Of a stretch of 64,000 nt of DNA, positions 38,125 through 46,504 are shown piece by piece. How positions within the stretch are numbered: the stretch's first letter is position 1; each line of letters begins with the position of its first letter. The notes beneath the pieces were generated by a model. The model saw nothing but the letters and a program-made list of their open reading frames with translations. It did not search any database and was not told the DNA's origin. Origin of the DNA: Candidatus Latescibacterota bacterium (GTDB taxonomy: Bacteria > Latescibacterota > UBA2968 > UBA8231). The position numbers and the translations under genes are program-made. The stretch spans positions 2,784,001 through 2,848,000 of the forward strand of contig OZ242005.1 in the NCBI GenBank assembly GCA_965204725.1, in the 5' to 3' direction.

Positions 38125-39723
38125 ATGAGAGAATTTCCCATGGGCTTGCTTGCTGCTCGCAAAAAGCAGGAGGCAGAGTTGTATGCAAGCCGCTTGAATT
38201 GGATGGAGTGGCTAAAGCCACCCATTGATCTCAGCCTTGATCAAAATAAGTTCGACGTGCTCAGTTGGCTTGAGAGTACTGCGTATTTTATTGAGGCGTC
38301 AGCGAAGGCGTACTTGGTCTTGCAGTATGGGCCAAATTCATTTCCACGTACCCACAACATATGCGAAATAATGCGCCATCTCGAAGAAAAGAATGGTTCC
38401 CTGGTGGAGGACCTGTGCCTTGCAACAGACCTAATGACAGGAGGATCGATTCGCGGTGATATTGAGAGCCTTTCCAACTTGAACAATAAGGTGCAATATG
38501 AAGTTGTGAACCCCTCTGATTACAGCGACATGATGCTCCCCCTGCGAGTATTCTCCTTGTATTTGGGAGATGTCTTACAGGAAAAGCTAAAGTCCACGGG
38601 TAAAGATGGTAACATAATGAGGCATCTTGCGTGGGATAGGCGTTCCCCTCGAAAAGGTCATCCGCAAGGACTCCCGCTTATTGACGTGTATGAAGCTAGC
38701 GGTGCTTACCTGGGCATACCGTGGCGCACCCTTGATCCTCTGAGGAATTGTCAGCTCGATAAAGGAGAGTTGATATTTCGATTCCCCATGAATTGGATAT
38801 TCGGCAGTCCCTTGTCAGAATTGACGGTCTTGTTTTCGCATGATGATGCCAAGCGTTTCTATGAGGGCATGGAGAGTGATCCATCTGAAATCATCCGCTT
38901 TGGTAAATGCAAGCAGATCAGCACAGACACGAGGAGCATTTCTGTCCGGTGCGAAGGAATAGCCACTTACGGTTCCCGCGATCCGTCTCCGATTCATTTC
39001 AATCTCAAGGAACCTGAGCCCTCTCTGACAGGCCACAGAATTGTTGATGGCGAAAATCAGTTTGAGGCAATGGCAAAATTAAAGTCAATGGACATTTATA
39101 AGGGGCTAGACATGCCCGACTTATACTTAGCCATTGAGAGAGATTTTGACCATGTTGTGCAGCATTTGGTTAGATCGGGGTGTGACGTTAATGAGTCAAA
39201 TCCCGGTAGCTGGACTCCCCTAGGGTATGCGGCGGTCTTGGGGTCGTGCAATGCTGCCCGTATTTTGATAGGCGCAGGAGCAGAGATAGACAAAGGAGAT
39301 GGGGAAGGACACTCTACTCCTCTTCTCGAATCTATCCATGGTCCTGTGTCCAACGATCCAAACTTCAATACCTCAATGGCTATCCTTCTGATAGAGCACG
39401 GTGCCGATGTGCTAGCCAAGACTGATTCTGGCCTGACCGCGATACATCTTGCGTCTTTTTACGACAGCCAGTTGGATAGGTTACGCTTGTTTTTGGGCAA
39501 ATTTGAGGAATTGGGGAAACTCAAAGACAGCGTTAATGCTCAGGACGATCTAGGTCGAACCGCTCTGCACATTGCATGCGATCGTGAGGTGGCCAGGGGG
39601 TGTGTAGAGTTGTTGCTTGATCATGGGGCATCCAAGAGCATCAAGAATAACTTAGGGCAGTTCCCCATAGACGTGGCTAATAGACCAGTCGATCCCGGCC
39701 TTCTCAACTTACTATCCCCATAA
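38125..39723 (+). CDS. HEPN-like N-terminal domain plus C-terminal ankyrin repeats
   Basis: AAGGAG RBS. IEASAKAYL...FPRTHNI (HEPN-like). Ankyrin units WTPLGYAA, STPLLES, GLTAIHLA, GRTALHIA. Confidence 0.75.
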   Translation: MREFPMGLLAARKKQEAELYASRLNWMEWLKPPIDLSLDQNKFDVLSWLESTAYFIEASAKAYLVLQYGPNSFPRTHNICEIMRHLEEKNGSLVEDLCLATDLMTGGSIRGDIESLSNLNNKVQYEVVNPSDYSDMMLPLRVFSLYLGDVLQEKLKSTGKDGNIMRHLAWDRRSPRKGHPQGLPLIDVYEASGAYLGIPWRTLDPLRNCQLDKGELIFRFPMNWIFGSPLSELTVLFSHDDAKRFYEGMESDPSEIIRFGKCKQISTDTRSISVRCEGIATYGSRDPSPIHFNLKEPEPSLTGHRIVDGENQFEAMAKLKSMDIYKGLDMPDLYLAIERDFDHVVQHLVRSGCDVNESNPGSWTPLGYAAVLGSCNAARILIGAGAEIDKGDGEGHSTPLLESIHGPVSNDPNFNTSMAILLIEHGADVLAKTDSGLTAIHLASFYDSQLDRLRLFLGKFEELGKLKDSVNAQDDLGRTALHIACDREVARGCVELLLDHGASKSIKNNLGQFPIDVANRPVDPGLLNLLSP

Positions 39724-39735
39724 AGGAGCGTCCTA

Positions 39736-41262
39736 ATGACTAACCCTAGCCCCACCCTCAACGTCGTCCCCGGCACGATCTTCCACATGGACAACATCTT
39801 GGCCCTGCGCGGCATCAACTCAGGGACCATCGACCTCATCGCCACCGACCCGCCGTTCAACACGGGCCGCAACCGCGAGGCCGTCGGCGGCCAGTACCCG
39901 GACCAGTGGCTATGGGACGAGGGAAAGAATGGCCCGTGGTTGGAGCAGATACGCGACCTGAACCGCGCCGTCGCCGAGGTCATCGAATCGGCGATGCACG
40001 CCCACACAAAGAACCTTGGTGCGTTCCTCTGCTTCTTGGCCGAGCGGCTGATTGAGTGCCATCGGATACTCAAGGACACCGGCAGCATCTATGTCCACTT
40101 GGACCAGACGGCGAGCCACTACGTCAAGGGTATCATGGACGCGATCTTCGGGGCGAAGAATTTTCGCAATGAGATCGTGTGGGCGTATGAGAAATGGACC
40201 AATGCGGCGTCCAGATTCCAGCGCAATCACGACGTGATTCTTTTCTATGCTATGAGCAGTAACAGCACGTTCAACAAAATCCGTGGGCCTAGAACAGCAC
40301 GGCAAGATTCCTTGATCGAGGCTGGGTACAATCTCGGAACAAGCGGGGATGGCAGTCCTATTGTTCGGATTTACAACCCCGATCACCCGAAAGTCGTTGA
40401 ACAGATAGATCGCTGGCGGGCAGAGGGACGGGCAATCTATCAAGTAAACCCGCAGGGCAAAGCACTGTCGTCAGTATGGGTACTACCTATGCTCAATGGA
40501 CAAGCCAAGGAGCGCACCGGCTACCCCGACCAAAAGCCCGTCGCCCTGTATGAGCGCATCGTCACCGCGTCCAGTAACGAAGGCGACCTCGTCCTCGATC
40601 CGTTCTGCGGCTGCGGCACTACCCTCGTCGCGGCCGGCAAGCTCGGTCGCCAGTTCATCGGCATTGACCGCAACGACGACGCCAAAGAGATGATCCTCTG
40701 CAGCCTCGCTGGCACGAAGAAGGCCGACCTAGAGATCATCCGCAAGAAGACCCGGCACACCGACCCGGGCTGGATCGACCGCCAGCTTGCCAATCACGAG
40801 GCCATCTTTACCACGGACCCACCGGAGCGCACCGACGACCTCGAAGAGGAGACGACGCCGGGCCTGCCGACGGTGCATCGCCACAAGGAGCGCACGATCT
40901 TTGATCCGCACACCATGAAGCGTATGCTCTATGAGAAGTTCGGCTCTCAGTGCTGGGGCTGCGACTTCCAAGCCCCCGCGGGCGACCGCGGCATCAAGTA
41001 TCTGGAGTTGGACCACATCAGCCCTCGGGCCGACGGCGGCTCCAACCAACTCACCAACCGCGCCTTGCTGTGCGGCCCGTGCAACAAGGAGAAGTCCGAC
41101 AATCTGACGCTGGGTGCGCTGCGTCGCCAAATCTATGGCAATCGCAAGAAGGCCAACCAGCACCCCATTGATCTCAAGGCGGCGGCCGCGTGGACGCGCC
41201 ACCAAGAGCTAGAGGAATTGCTCCGGCGCGAGGCGGAGGACAAGCCGCTGTTTGCCAAATAA
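39736..41262 (+). CDS. N6/N4 DNA methyltransferase fused to a C-terminal HNH endonuclease
   Basis: TDPPFN, GYPDQKP, LDPFCGCGTT, then CWGC...LDHISPRADGGSN..NRALLCGPCNKEKS. Confidence 0.92.
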   Translation: MTNPSPTLNVVPGTIFHMDNILALRGINSGTIDLIATDPPFNTGRNREAVGGQYPDQWLWDEGKNGPWLEQIRDLNRAVAEVIESAMHAHTKNLGAFLCFLAERLIECHRILKDTGSIYVHLDQTASHYVKGIMDAIFGAKNFRNEIVWAYEKWTNAASRFQRNHDVILFYAMSSNSTFNKIRGPRTARQDSLIEAGYNLGTSGDGSPIVRIYNPDHPKVVEQIDRWRAEGRAIYQVNPQGKALSSVWVLPMLNGQAKERTGYPDQKPVALYERIVTASSNEGDLVLDPFCGCGTTLVAAGKLGRQFIGIDRNDDAKEMILCSLAGTKKADLEIIRKKTRHTDPGWIDRQLANHEAIFTTDPPERTDDLEEETTPGLPTVHRHKERTIFDPHTMKRMLYEKFGSQCWGCDFQAPAGDRGIKYLELDHISPRADGGSNQLTNRALLCGPCNKEKSDNLTLGALRRQIYGNRKKANQHPIDLKAAAAWTRHQELEELLRREAEDKPLFAK

Positions 41263-41280
41263 CCTCAGAAAGGAGGCCCC

Positions 41281-41412
41281 ATGACCATCCGACGCACCGA
41301 CACTGCCAAAAGAAATCCCAGCCCATCCGACGCCCGGAGAAGATCGGATTGCCTACATTTCGCCGAATGGCTTTGTAGGCTAGAGACGCTGAATAAGAGG
41401 AGAACGCAATAA
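41281..41412 (+). CDS. Putative 43-aa basic ORF or truncated gene
   Basis: AAGGAGG RBS. The TAA overlaps the dipeptidase ATG. Confidence 0.35.
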   Translation: MTIRRTDTAKRNPSPSDARRRSDCLHFAEWLCRLETLNKRRTQ

Positions 41413-42440
41413 TGCCAATGGACGAACAAACCGCCCGTCGCCTCCATCGCGACTCTTTGGTCATCGACGCGCACAACGACAGCATCGTCGCTCTGATCCG
41501 CCGGGGCATGTCTTTAGGCGGCGCACAGCGCGTTGACTTCCACCAGCGCGAGGGGGCGGTCGCTTATTTGCGCCAGTACCAGCCGCTCGGCGATGGCGTG
41601 CAACTCGACTTGCCCAAGGCGCGCGAAGGAGGGCTAGACGCGGCGTTTTTCGCTGTTGACTGCACCCGCCCTTGGGGCAATCACTTGCTCTACTGCATGG
41701 ACGCCTTGGGCTATTTTCTGCAAGAGGTGGAAGAACACAGCGAGGGCATTACCGTGGCTCACTGCTCGGCTGACATTGAGCGCGCCCACGCCGAGGGCCA
41801 ACTGGCGGCCATACTGGCGGTGGAAAACAGCGATGCGCTGGAGAAAAGCCCCCACGTTCTGCCGCTGCTCTATCGGCTGGGCGTCCGCGCCATGACCCTC
41901 ACCCACAGCACCCGCTCGTGGGCTGGCGATGGCTGCGAGGTCGCGGGAGGTGGCAGTCTGACCGGCTTTGGCCGTCAGCTACTCGCGCAGATGAACGAGC
42001 TAGGCATGGTCGTCGATGTCTCCCATCTCAACGAGCCGGGCTTTTGGGACGTGGTTCGAGCGGCCCAAGCACCCTTTATGGCGACCCATAGCTGCTGCCG
42101 CGCCCTCTGCGACCACCCGCGCAACCTCCGCGACGAGCAGCTGCGCGCCCTCGCCGAACAGGGCGGGGTCGTGAGCATCACCTTTGTCCCAGACTTTATC
42201 GACGCGCACAACCCCACCTTCGACGGCCTGCTCGACCACATCGACCACGCGGTCGCGGTCGCTGGCATCGACCACGTCGGCTTGGGATCGGATTTTGATG
42301 GCGGCGGCCTGCTCTTGCAAGACGCGACCTGCCTCCCAAGCATTGCGGTGGGCTTGGCCGCCCGCGGCTATGCCGCAGCCGATGTCCGCAAAATTCTCGG
42401 CGCGAACCAGCTCCGGTTCCTGCGGCAGGTCATCGGCTGA
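41412..42440 (+). CDS. Membrane dipeptidase (M19)
   Basis: IDAHND, DVSHL, HPRNL, GLGSDFDG. Confidence 0.93.
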   Translation: MPMDEQTARRLHRDSLVIDAHNDSIVALIRRGMSLGGAQRVDFHQREGAVAYLRQYQPLGDGVQLDLPKAREGGLDAAFFAVDCTRPWGNHLLYCMDALGYFLQEVEEHSEGITVAHCSADIERAHAEGQLAAILAVENSDALEKSPHVLPLLYRLGVRAMTLTHSTRSWAGDGCEVAGGGSLTGFGRQLLAQMNELGMVVDVSHLNEPGFWDVVRAAQAPFMATHSCCRALCDHPRNLRDEQLRALAEQGGVVSITFVPDFIDAHNPTFDGLLDHIDHAVAVAGIDHVGLGSDFDGGGLLLQDATCLPSIAVGLAARGYAAADVRKILGANQLRFLRQVIG

Positions 42441-43929
42441 GGCCGTACAGCGCGCCGAACTTCTCCCGCAAATAGTCGATAAAGCAATCGGTCCTTAGTG
42501 CCGCGCCCGTCACCTCCTTGACCAATTCGCTGGCCGTCACCCGCGCGCCGCGAGCGTGGATCTTTTCGTTGAGCCAAGTCTTGAGCGGCCCGAATGCGCC
42601 CTGCGCGATCTGCGCTTCGAGGTCGGGCAAGTCTTGGTGGGCTTGGTGAAAAAACTGGGCCGCGTACAGGTTGCCCAGCGCGTAGGTCGGGAAATACCCC
42701 AGCAGGCCGCAGGACCAGTGCGTGTCTTGGAGCACGCCGCGGGCATCGTCGGGCGGGCGGATGCCCAAGTATTGCTCCATCCGCTCGTTCCACGTCATTG
42801 GCAACTCCGCCACGGCAACCCGCCCTTCAATTAGGTCGCACTCCAGCTCAAAACGCAGCAGAATGTGGAGGTTGTACGTCACCTCGTCGGCCTCGACCCG
42901 AATCAGCGAAGGCCCGACTTGGTTGACCGCAGCGTAAAAGGCGTCCAAATCGACTGCGCTGAGTTGCTGGGGAAAAAGCGCTCGCAGCTTGGGCAGGTAG
43001 TGAGTCCAAAAGGCTTTGCTGCGGCCGACCATATTCTCCCACAGCCGCGATTGCGACTCGTGGATCCCCAGCGAGATGCTCGCGCCGGCCGGCGTGCCGT
43101 TGGCGTCGGCCGGCAGGCCCTGCTCGTACAGCCCGTGCCCGGCCTCGTGGATGGTGCCAAAGAGCGCACCGGGCAGCCAATCGGCACTGTAGCGCGTCGT
43201 CAGCCGCACATCGTCGCGGGACGTGCCCGAGCAAAAGGGATGCACCGCCAAGTCGAGCCGCCCGGCCTGTAGGTCGAAGCCGAGGTCCGCTAACACCTGC
43301 TGGCCCAAAAGCTCCTGTTGCTCAATGGGGTATGCTTGGTCGAGTACGCCCCGCGCGGGGTGCTGCCCGGTGGCGACGATCTGCTCGACCAGCGGCACGA
43401 GCTGCGCTTTGAGCTGGTCAAAGACCGGGACGATCTCCTCGACTCTCGCATAAGGCTCGTACTCGTCGAGTAGCGCGTTGTACATCGCGCCTTCGTACCC
43501 GACTCGCTCGGCCACCTCCTTTTTGAGCGCGACTATTTTCTCCAGCCAAGGCCGGAAGAGCGCGAAGTCCGATTTTTTTCGCGCCTCGACCCACGCTTCG
43601 TGCCCCAAGGACTCGGTCTGGCTCAACTCGACGACCAGCTCCTTGGGCAACTTGAGCGAGCGGCTCTGCTGGCGGTCGATTTCGCGGACGTTGATGGCCG
43701 CGTCCCCTGTTAGCGCGGCGTCCTTGAGATCGGCTACCAGCGCGACCAACACTGGGGCCGTGAGCCGCTCGTGGTACAGACCGGCCAAGGTGCCCAACGC
43801 TCTGGCCCGCATGGCCGCGCCGCGCGGCGGCATGTAAGTCTCTTGGTCCCAGTGCATCAGCCCCTGCGCGTGGCTTATGTCGGCCAACTCGTGGAGGCGT
43901 TCTACAAAGGCTTTATACGTCTTGTTCAC
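42430..43929 (-). CDS. Carboxypeptidase M32 (Taq family)
   Basis: HPF, HEAGH, HESQ, IRVEAD, GVLQDTHW, YFPTY. Confidence 0.95.
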   Translation of the reverse strand: MNKTYKAFVERLHELADISHAQGLMHWDQETYMPPRGAAMRARALGTLAGLYHERLTAPVLVALVADLKDAALTGDAAINVREIDRQQSRSLKLPKELVVELSQTESLGHEAWVEARKKSDFALFRPWLEKIVALKKEVAERVGYEGAMYNALLDEYEPYARVEEIVPVFDQLKAQLVPLVEQIVATGQHPARGVLDQAYPIEQQELLGQQVLADLGFDLQAGRLDLAVHPFCSGTSRDDVRLTTRYSADWLPGALFGTIHEAGHGLYEQGLPADANGTPAGASISLGIHESQSRLWENMVGRSKAFWTHYLPKLRALFPQQLSAVDLDAFYAAVNQVGPSLIRVEADEVTYNLHILLRFELECDLIEGRVAVAELPMTWNERMEQYLGIRPPDDARGVLQDTHWSCGLLGYFPTYALGNLYAAQFFHQAHQDLPDLEAQIAQGAFGPLKTWLNEKIHARGARVTASELVKEVTGAALRTDCFIDYLREKFGALYGLSR

Positions 43930-43945
43930 AGCGTTACCTTTCTTT

Positions 43946-44093
43946 TATAGCAATCCTAAATGACTTGCAAGCATGTAGAGATGCTTCGCTGCGCTCAGCA
44001 TGACACACAGACGGCCAGCCCTTGTCATACTGAGCGCAGCGAAGTATCTCATACCCAAAACGCCATGCAGAACCGAATTTATTAGCGGTTGCT
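43946..44093. mobile_element. MITE-like element, copy 3 (paired GTCATRCTGAGCGCAGCGAAG core)
   Basis: Left end TATAGCAATCCTAAATGACTTGCAAGCATG. Inverted pair GAGATGCTTCGCTGCGCTCAGCATGACA / TGTCATACTGAGCGCAGCGAAGTATCTC. Degenerate right end. Confidence 0.8.
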
Positions 44094-44157
44094 CGCCAGC
44101 GCATTTTTGCATGTCTTATGTCCACTAGCCCATACCTCATCACCCTCGGAGGCCCCC

Positions 44158-45387
44158 ATGAAGATCACCCACGCAGAATCCATTGCCCTCAACATCCCCT
44201 TCTACGCCGAGCACGTCACCCGCGCCATGCACCGCGCCTCCACCCACGACGAGCGGGTATGGGTGGTGCGCTTGGAGACGGACAAGGACCTCGTGGGCTG
44301 GGCCGACAGCCACGGCCAGCCGTCGGTCGACGGCCTCGTCGGGCAAAATCCGGCCAGCCTGATAAATCGCGATGAGATTGGCTTTGGGCCGCAAGTCGCC
44401 TGTCTCGATTTAGTGGGCCAAGACAACGGCGTACCCGTCCACGAGCTACTCGGCGTCAAGCTCCGCGACCGCTGCCCCATATCTTGGTGGGATATAGATA
44501 TGCCGCCCCAAGACTGGGTCGCCGAGGCCGAAGAATCGCTAAGGCGCGGGTACACCTGCTTTAAGATGAAGGCCCGCCCGTGGCGCGACATCATCGCCCA
44601 AACCGAGGCGGTCGCCGCGGTCGTCCCGGCCGACTACAAGTTCGACGTCGACTTCAACGGCTTCTTGCTCAACCAAGCTAAGGCCGAAATCATCCTGCAA
44701 AAACTCGATGAAAACCCCAATGTCGGCATGTACGAAAGCCCGTTTTACCTGCACTCGGACGTAGATGGGGCGCGGATTTTGCGCGAGCGGGTGCGCAAAC
44801 CCATTGTCGAGCACTACCAAGACCAGTATTTGCGCAACAACTGCTGCGATGGTTTTGTCATCGGCAGCGGCGCGACCGAGACCCGGCGGTCGGCCACCCT
44901 TGCAGCCGCTCACAACAAGCCCTTTTGGCTCCAGCTCGTCGGCGCGGGCTTAACCACCGCTTATGCGGCTCACCTCGGCGCAGTGCTCTCGCACGCCCAA
45001 CTACCCTATATCACCTGCCACGAGCTGTGGGAGGACGACCTGCTGCAAGAGCCGATTGAGGTCCGCGATGGCTACATGCCGGTTTTGGACGCGCCCGGCT
45101 TGGGCGTCTCTGTGGATGAAAACGCGATTGAAACCTACCGAGTGGATCCCGCCGAGCCAACGCCCAAGCACCGCTACTTGGCCCAAAAGCGCATTCTTCG
45201 CGTGTCTTGGCCGAGCGGCGGCCAAGCGCGGGAGTGGGAATTTACCGCTGAAGACCGCTATCAGCGGGCCTTCTACGCGGGCAACATTCCCGGCTTTGAG
45301 CAGGGCGTTGACTTGCAGGTGATGGAAGACGACAACAGCGCGGCCTTCCAAAAGCGGCATGCCGAGCTGCTGGCGCAAGGGCGTTAG
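44158..45387 (+). CDS. Mandelate racemase/muconate lactonizing enzyme family
   Basis: FKMKAR, VDFN, YESP, PGLGV. Confidence 0.85.
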   Translation: MKITHAESIALNIPFYAEHVTRAMHRASTHDERVWVVRLETDKDLVGWADSHGQPSVDGLVGQNPASLINRDEIGFGPQVACLDLVGQDNGVPVHELLGVKLRDRCPISWWDIDMPPQDWVAEAEESLRRGYTCFKMKARPWRDIIAQTEAVAAVVPADYKFDVDFNGFLLNQAKAEIILQKLDENPNVGMYESPFYLHSDVDGARILRERVRKPIVEHYQDQYLRNNCCDGFVIGSGATETRRSATLAAAHNKPFWLQLVGAGLTTAYAAHLGAVLSHAQLPYITCHELWEDDLLQEPIEVRDGYMPVLDAPGLGVSVDENAIETYRVDPAEPTPKHRYLAQKRILRVSWPSGGQAREWEFTAEDRYQRAFYAGNIPGFEQGVDLQVMEDDNSAAFQKRHAELLAQGR

Positions 45388-46394
45388 TCCCGCTGCCGGG
45401 CGATGGCCTCGTAGTCCGCCAGCGCGTAGCCGATGCCCACGTAGTCGAGCAGGTTGAGCAAGGCCCGCAGCGCGACCCCAAACCCATCGACGCCGCTGAA
45501 GCCGCCAAACTGCCCGCCGCCCTTTAGGTGCGGCTCTAGGTCGAGGAACACGCCGGGGACTCCCTTTTGCTTTAGCTCGTGTTCTAGGGCCGGGATGCGG
45601 GAGCGGAAGTCGCGCAATATGGCCTCGTGCCCGGAGTCGCCTCGGTCGGCGGGCACAAAGTTTTTGAGCCGTTCCTCATCTACGACGCCCTCCCATTGGA
45701 GGGTCGGGTCGATCTTGTAGTCCTTGATGTGCATCCAGCCAATCCCCGTGCGCATGGCCCGATACTCGGCTAGGGTCTCGACCGCGGTGAAGTTTTGGCT
45801 CGACAGGTTGCCGCCGTCAAAAATCAGGCACAGGTTGGGGTGGGCCACCATTTCGTAGAGCTTTTGCAGGACCCGCCCGTTCTGGCCGACGAGATTGGCC
45901 TCGACCTCTAGGCCAAAAATGACCCCGCCCCGGCTGCAAACCTCGGCGATTCGCGCCAGCCGTTCGGCCGCCGGTTCCACGTAATCGGCTGGGGCTTCCC
46001 CGCGGGGATGGTAAAACGAGAACCCGCGGATCAGCCGCGTCTCGAACTCGCCGGCCAGATCCACGGCCCGCTGCACATCTTGTTGCAAGTATTGATCAAA
46101 CGGGATATAGGCGTTGGCCGAGCCGTCTTCCACATCGAGCAGCTTGACCTTGCCAATCGGCGAGCCGATCGAGGCCACCGCAATCCCAAATTCGCCGTGC
46201 AATTGTCGCAGCCGTGCGATCTCGGGTCGCGTTAGCTGCATCGCGTTTTTGACGCCCTGCCCCACATCCACAAAGCGCAAGCTATAGTGCGACATGCCCA
46301 GCGCCGCGAGCATGGTTAGCTGGGCTTCGGCCTTTTTGTCGGCCGGCCCCTCGTCGGCAAAGCCGCTGATGATCACCTTGGGTATTTCGCGCAT
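45384..46394 (-). CDS. Xylose isomerase-like TIM-barrel sugar isomerase/epimerase
   Basis: ISGFADE, IGSPIGK, IFDGGN, MHIKD, LEPHL. Confidence 0.88.
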   Translation of the reverse strand: MREIPKVIISGFADEGPADKKAEAQLTMLAALGMSHYSLRFVDVGQGVKNAMQLTRPEIARLRQLHGEFGIAVASIGSPIGKVKLLDVEDGSANAYIPFDQYLQQDVQRAVDLAGEFETRLIRGFSFYHPRGEAPADYVEPAAERLARIAEVCSRGGVIFGLEVEANLVGQNGRVLQKLYEMVAHPNLCLIFDGGNLSSQNFTAVETLAEYRAMRTGIGWMHIKDYKIDPTLQWEGVVDEERLKNFVPADRGDSGHEAILRDFRSRIPALEHELKQKGVPGVFLDLEPHLKGGGQFGGFSGVDGFGVALRALLNLLDYVGIGYALADYEAIARQRD

Positions 46395-46504
46395 CACACA
46401 CTCCTGAAATTCTTCTAAGTATAGAGCTTGGACCGGCCTTGACAAAACGCCCGCTCGCTGCTGTCTTAGGGCGTCCTCCAAACTACATCTACATAGTGAA
46501 AACC

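Noticed and set aside
43978-44050. CRISPR array or tRNA suggested by repeated palindromes
   Set aside because: Repeats are inverted pairs or dispersed single copies with no regular spacers, no cas genes and no cloverleaf.
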